From assembly GCA_010405405.1 (NCBI GenBank), contig MU004231.1:3094401-3158400 (forward strand): a stretch of DNA of 64,000 nucleotides, read 5' to 3'. Both the position numbers and the translations under genes were made by a program. Under the pieces are notes generated by a model that was given only the letters and a program-made list of their open reading frames with translations, did not search any database and was not told where the DNA came from. Source of the stretch: Microthyrium microscopicum. Lineage: Eukaryota. Within the stretch, counting starts at the first letter, position 1, and the number at the start of each line of letters is the position of its first letter. This document shows positions 58,602 through 64,000 of this stretch, one piece after another.

Positions 58602-60362
58602 CTATGCAGTCTTCTTGCTCTCATCCTTCTCCAGCAACGGTTCCGACTGCTGTTTCGCGTCCCGTTCCTGCAACACCGCCGGCGGCGGAATAACCGCCAT
58701 CGCGCGATCAATAAAGCCATCACCGCGGAACAAGCTCAACGTCTTACGAATCATTGGGCTATTAACAGCCTTTGGATCCAACTCATAAATCACCTGCATA
58801 GCCACCAAACTCGCCGTAAACAGCAACACATCGCCATCCCTCACACCCTTCCACCAGCCATGCTTGACGCCGACTTTCCACATGCTGTCGAGACTGAGAC
58901 GTGTGGAGAAGAGGAAGTTGCCACGGCCATTTTTGCGGTCGATAAATGCCCACATGCCGCCGAGGGCACCGCCGAGGATCCAGCGCTTGGTGGGTAGGAC
59001 TTTGTTGGGCATGATGTTTTGGAAGAGGCAGATGCTGCCCCAGGCCGTGCCGATGGCGCCAGTGACGAAGATGGAGTTGCGGAGGATTACTTGGGCTAGG
59101 CGGGAGAATGCGGGGATGGGTGTTTTGATGAATGCTTGGATGCGGAGGAGGCTGAATGCGCCGATGAGGATGGAGAAGTAGCGGACGATTCCGGGGAATG
59201 CTTCGAGGAAAAATTGAAGATAGGTGCGGACACATGATGGGTCGTGGGGGTGAGTAAGTGCGCAGGAGAGGTTCTTAATTGTTGGGTGTGCTGGTGACGT
59301 TATAGGGTTGATGGCTGCTAATGATTTTGGTAGTGTTGTTGAATTTGGGAACATGCTGGGAGAAACAAATATTCTGGATGATATTAGTACTGCGAAGAAC
59401 TTAGAGCCTCGTCAACTTACGGCCATTTCAGGCGTGAAATCTCAGCCAGACTGTCAACGATATCTGGAGTAGTTGGCCACTTGAAGTTGGCTGGGTAATC
59501 TATCGGTCTTCCTTGTAGATACGTCTTGGAATTTCCAATGATGAGATTTCCATAGCTTGCTGGGAAGCAATCTCGATCAAAGACAAAAGCATGTAGCAGC
59601 TGTCCGCAGGATGCTGGCATAAGCAGCCACGATCCAAACCACCATGGACGGTCCTTCATGTATCCCAGATCTTCTATGTAGTTGTAAAAGAACTCGAGCG
59701 ACCGTGTAAACATATACAGTGTGATTGTAATTCTTAATTGAGCAGCGGGATACACCCCGAGGAAAAGACCTGCCAAACCAGATCCAATCACTGGTGCAAG
59801 TTTGGATGTGAGAGCGGCACTGATCCGAGGATTCCTGCCTCTAAAAGGTTTGGCATTATCCGTCAAGAGGCTGGACCGTAGTCGCACCAGGAATCGGTTC
59901 AATAATCGATGGAACAGGAGAATGAGGGACAAGGATGCGGATAGCCGGACACTGGTCTGTTTCCAGAACGGTGGTTTCTTCACGACACTGTGCATTATTT
60001 AGCATCTCCATCGCAGCTTGGATCTTGATCTTGATCTAGATAACTTACGGCAAAGTCTTGCCTCGAGCAAAAATCATCGGCGCCAGGGTTTCCCATAGCT
60101 TCAACCCTCCATATGAGGCTCCAAACAGGCGCAACGCGATGCGGACAGTCGATGCGTTAAAATCGTCAGAACTTTCCACAACGCGCTCGTACTTAGCGGG
60201 CGGAGGTGCTTTCTTCTGAACGACAGGTGTGCGAGCCAGCAGATATTTATGCAGTAGTTGATATTCCTTGGGACTGAGGGAGTATCGCATGGCGTTGAGC
60301 GTGACTGGATCCATGGGCTTTCCGCTTGACGCCGCTGACGCGGAGGAATTGACCGAGGCCAT
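58602..60362 (-). CDS. TMEM135-like integral (peroxisomal-type) membrane protein
   Basis: Three exons. Motifs RLSASLS, YMFTRSLEF, WFGSWLLMP.SCGQLLHAFVFDRDCFP, LSCALTHP.DPSC, GWWKGVRDGDVLLF. Confidence 0.8.
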
Positions 60363-61074
60363 TGCAAAGGGCGACGCGATCAACTACACGCAGTTGTCGA
60401 TTTGAATAAGGACGACGATGATGATGATTTCATGGGAAGGAGGGGACTCATGGGTGCAGGCTGGCTGGTAGAAGAGAGGATTTGTCTTCACCTCGGCTAC
60501 TGCTAATGTACGGACGAGAGACAACAACAGGTTAGATTGGTGGGAATCAATGGTGTTGTTGCCCAATCGAGGGAGCCTTGGCACTTCCTGCCCTTGGCTG
60601 CTGCTTACTTTCTATTGTGACCTCCGTGCTGGCATTAAGTATTTATTTGCGGGCAAGAGCTTATTACATGAGTTGATGCTGCTGTCGTTGGCATAAAGTT
60701 TGGCGCGTGAAAGGCACGCGATGATTACCAGCCCCCTGTTTCGACCAGAGCCCAACTTCACCTCCTCATCTGACATCGACAACAGCGGCTGGCCAACAGT
60801 GACATGAGATCATGGATGTACACTTTCTGGCGCTGATCCCGCTTCCGGCTTAGTCTTACTCTTACCCCACATCAAATGCTTGTGGAAGCTCAAGCTGCAG
60901 GTGCTGTGCTGCTGTGTACAGGTACTGGTGGATGCGTGGCGATGACCTCACGCGAGATGAGAAAATGATTGTAACTGGCGTGTATCAAACCTTGCGGTAG
61001 CTGCGGTATCAATCAGAACGCTCTCATTACCCTTCGCGTCGTCTCATTCAGTTCCAACTTCCTACCGATCCAGC

Positions 61075-62898
61075 ATGTCAAGCACATCCAGCGCAAACTA
61101 CATCGGCATCGATGTCGGAACCGGCAGTGCGCGAGCATGTATCATGAATGATGAGGGAGATATACTAGCAGTCGCTTCTGAACCGATTGAACTCTGGCAG
61201 CCTCAGACTGGCTACTATGAACAATCAACGACCGATATCTGGCACGCTATATGCAAAAGTGTAAAGCAAGCGGTCTCTGAGAGCAATGTTTCTCCCGAGT
61301 CTATCAAAGGCCTTGGTTTTGATGCTACCTGCTCTCTGACAGTCTTCTCCATAGACAAAGATGAGCCTGTTGCAGTCACAGGTCCAAAGTTTGACAACGC
61401 CGATGGCAAAGATCGGAATGTTGTCCTATGGCTTGATCATAGGCCAGAGCAGGAGACCGAGAAAATCAATGCAACCAAACATAACCTGTTACGCTATGTT
61501 GGCGGCAAGATGTCAATAGAGATGGAGATCCCAAAGGTGTTATGGCTAAAGAATAACATGCCGAAGGAGCTCTTCTCCAACTGCAAGTTCTACGACTTGG
61601 CCGATGCACTCACACATATGGCAACTGGCGCCGAGACAAGATCGTTCTGTAGTGCCGTGTGCAAGCAGGGATATGTACCAGTAGGCGTAGATGGAAGCGT
61701 CAAGGGATGGCAAGAAGACTTTTTGAAAGCGATCGGACTGGAGGACTTGTGTGAAGACGACTTCAAACGGATGGGCGGTGTCAATGGGGTGGTATCTCCA
61801 GCCCCTAACCCCTGAACTCGATCAAGCTGACTTTTCTAGAACGGCGAGTATCTTACGGCTGGCGAACTGGTCGGCACTTTGTCCGAAAAAGCTGCCAACG
61901 AGCTTGGTCTTATTCCAGGGATCGCAGTTGGCAGCGGTGTAATTGATGCCTACGCAGGCTGGGTTGGCACAGTTGGAGCAAAAGTGAAACTAGAGAAGCA
62001 GTCAACAGATACGTCTAAATCAGCAGATGATGTATCTCAGGCCTTCACCAGACTTGCAGCAGTTGCTGGAACGTCCACTTGCCATCTGGCCATGAGCGCC
62101 GAGCCTGTTTTCGTCAATGGAGTCTGGGGTCCTTATCGAGATGTCTTGATACCAGAATACTGGATGGCGGAAGGAGGACAGAGTGCAACAGGTGAACTAC
62201 TGAAGCATGTTATCGAGACACACCCAGCGTATAACGATGCCGTTGAGGCAGCCAAAGCATCTGACTCCAACATCTACGACTTCCTCAACTCCCATCTTCA
62301 AAAGACAGCAGAAAGCCAAAAAGCGCCAAACAAGAACGTCAGCTGGCTCGGACGACACATGTTCTTCTACGGCGATCTTTTCGGTAACCGATCTCCCATC
62401 GCAGATCCAAACATGAAAGGTTCCATCGTCGGTCTCTCCTCCGACAAAAGCATCGATGCGTTAGCCCTCTTATACTATGGCGCCATGGAGTTTATCGCTC
62501 TACAAACCAAACAAATAGTCGAGCAGATGAACGACTCTGGCCATGTAATACAAAGCATATTCATGAGTGGCTCTCTCTGCCAGAACGACATCCTGATGGA
62601 TCTTATGAGTACTGCTTGCGATATGCCAGTACTCATACCCAAATACATTCACGCTGCCGTCGTCCATGGTGCCGCTATGCTGGGAGCTAAAGCCGCCAGT
62701 CATGCAGATGGTGGCAAAGGAGAGCCGTTATGGGATATAATGGTTCGGATGAGCAAACCTGGTGATGCTGTGTATCCTAATAAGGATGCGGCAATGAAGA
62801 AGCTGCTTGAGGCGAAATACAGGGTCTTTCTTGAGCAATGTGATCAGCAGCAAAAGTGGAGGAAGGATATCGATCAGGCTGTAGCTGATTGGAAATAA
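61075..62898 (+). CDS. FGGY-family pentulose kinase (D-ribulokinase, Ydr109c-like)
   Basis: YIGIDVGTGSARA, GFDATCSL, WLDHR, MSIEMEIPKVLWLK, IDAYAGW, GTSTCH, EGGQSATG, GNRSPIADP. One intron at ~61790-61838. Confidence 0.95.
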
Positions 62899-63393
62899 CG
62901 TGTGCTAGTGAGTCCAGCAATCCTTACATTTCAATATCCAAAGGGGTCCTCCAATGGTTGGGGGAATCCAGGCAACGATCAGTAGTTGACGTAGACAGTA
63001 TGCTTCAGGTTAGCGAGCTCTTTCATGCTCATCACCAAACCTTCTTCAAATAATATCCACCGTAGGCAAAGACTTGCAAAGCAATGCATTAAAGAAGAAC
63101 ACTTTTTCGTGTAGTATCATAGCACTAAAAGCTGTTACACACCAATACACCATGCCTTGCCCTCAAAGCCTCATAGCCATTACACCTTTAGCATCTATCG
63201 CCAAATTCCATGCTAATCATCACGTCGTGCTCGTCTTATCATTCACATACTTCAACGTCCGCAGTACCATACACATCAAATCGATCAATGCCATAAGAAC
63301 CACGGATATCCTTTCCCAACATGATTTTTGTGGCAACACAGTCGTTAAGACTATTCGTATTGCTTATGACCAAACGCTGCTATCGCAACAGGA

Positions 63394-64000
63394 CTACGCA
63401 CTGTCTCGCTCTCGGAACTTTGCGCGCTGGTTTGGAGGGACATAATTATCGCGATCCGGTTTTCGGTGCTTGGGACGAGAAGATCTATTGGCAAGAGCGA
63501 GTTGCATAGAAGCATCCTCTAGTCGAACATCGCGAGACAAATTGCCAACTTGAGCAGATCGTTGCGGTCGTAGAGGCACTTGAGCAGAAGTGCCAGTGTC
63601 TCCACCATCGACTTGGACCGCTTGACCGCCATTTTGAGCGACAAGGCTATTGTCTTGAGCAGGTGGATGAACATTTGGCTGCATCAGTTCAGCAACGTCT
63701 GGGATAGTACAACCTTGATATGAGATGGTAAAGCCACGGGCTTGCAGTCCACGAATCTCTTCAGCCACTTGGTCGTCATCTTTCTCATCAGGGTGAGGAC
63801 CGTTGCGACTATGCAAATCATCGTTTCCAGCTGGTGCGCGTACATCTCGTCGATCCCGAGGAGTATAGTTATCTAGTGGTATCGACACCACTTGCTCCTG
63901 TTGAAGTATTCCTCGAGCAGGACGATTGTGGTTTCTAGTTGCTTGGCTTAGACGAAGTCGAGGAGTAGTATTGTTTCCTGGTGGTGTGGGCACCACTTGC
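63394..64000 (-). CDS. 3' part of a hypothetical low-complexity protein running off the window
   Basis: At least 200 open codons on the minus strand reaching the window end; no recognisable motif. Confidence 0.45.
   Translation of the reverse strand, partial: QVVPTPPGNNTTPRLRLSQATRNHNRPARGILQQEQVVSIPLDNYTPRDRRDVRAPAGNDDLHSRNGPHPDEKDDDQVAEEIRGLQARGFTISYQGCTIPDVAELMQPNVHPPAQDNSLVAQNGGQAVQVDGGDTGTSAQVPLRPQRSAQVGNLSRDVRLEDASMQLALANRSSRPKHRKPDRDNYVPPNQRAKFRERDSA

Noticed and set aside
1..64000. Starship or other giant transposon, or a secondary-metabolite cluster
   Set aside because: No DUF3435 tyrosine-recombinase captain, PKS, NRPS or terpene synthase was recognised; flanking genes (SGT1, FGGY kinase, TMEM135-like, GT71) are ordinary conserved genes.

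Overview
Gene-dense genomic DNA of a filamentous ascomycete: short GT-AG introns with CTRAC branch points and a strong repeat-induced point mutation (RIP) signature. About 20 host genes are recognisable: App1-type phosphatidate phosphatase, GT71/MNN2-type mannosyltransferase, ustT-like MFS transporter, Bys1-family and Asp f 4-like secreted proteins, a secreted GWG-repeat protein, a ~1,095-aa multi-C2H2 zinc-finger protein, a spliced PAF/AFP-type antifungal protein gene absent from the ORF track, DUF3632, TauD dioxygenase, SGT1, DUF1996, TMEM135-like and an FGGY pentulose kinase. There are also several pseudogenes and a 236-bp TA-flanked MITE. The AT-rich block at 17731-28870 is one complete, RIP-destroyed Ty3/Gypsy LTR retrotransposon on the minus strand. 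It has 152-bp LTRs and a CGATT target-site duplication, and its gag zinc knuckle, protease, RT and integrase can be read after reversing RIP transitions by eye. It is unusual in three ways: (i) about 4 kb of cargo between pol and the 3' LTR, including an antisense ORF with a DUF3716-like Cys motif; (ii) a tRNA-like cloverleaf about 100 bp from the 3' LTR; (iii) an apparently extended (~45 nt) primer-binding site matching the 3' half of initiator tRNA-Met. All family calls come from motif recognition by eye; no database search was run. Exon boundaries are manual.
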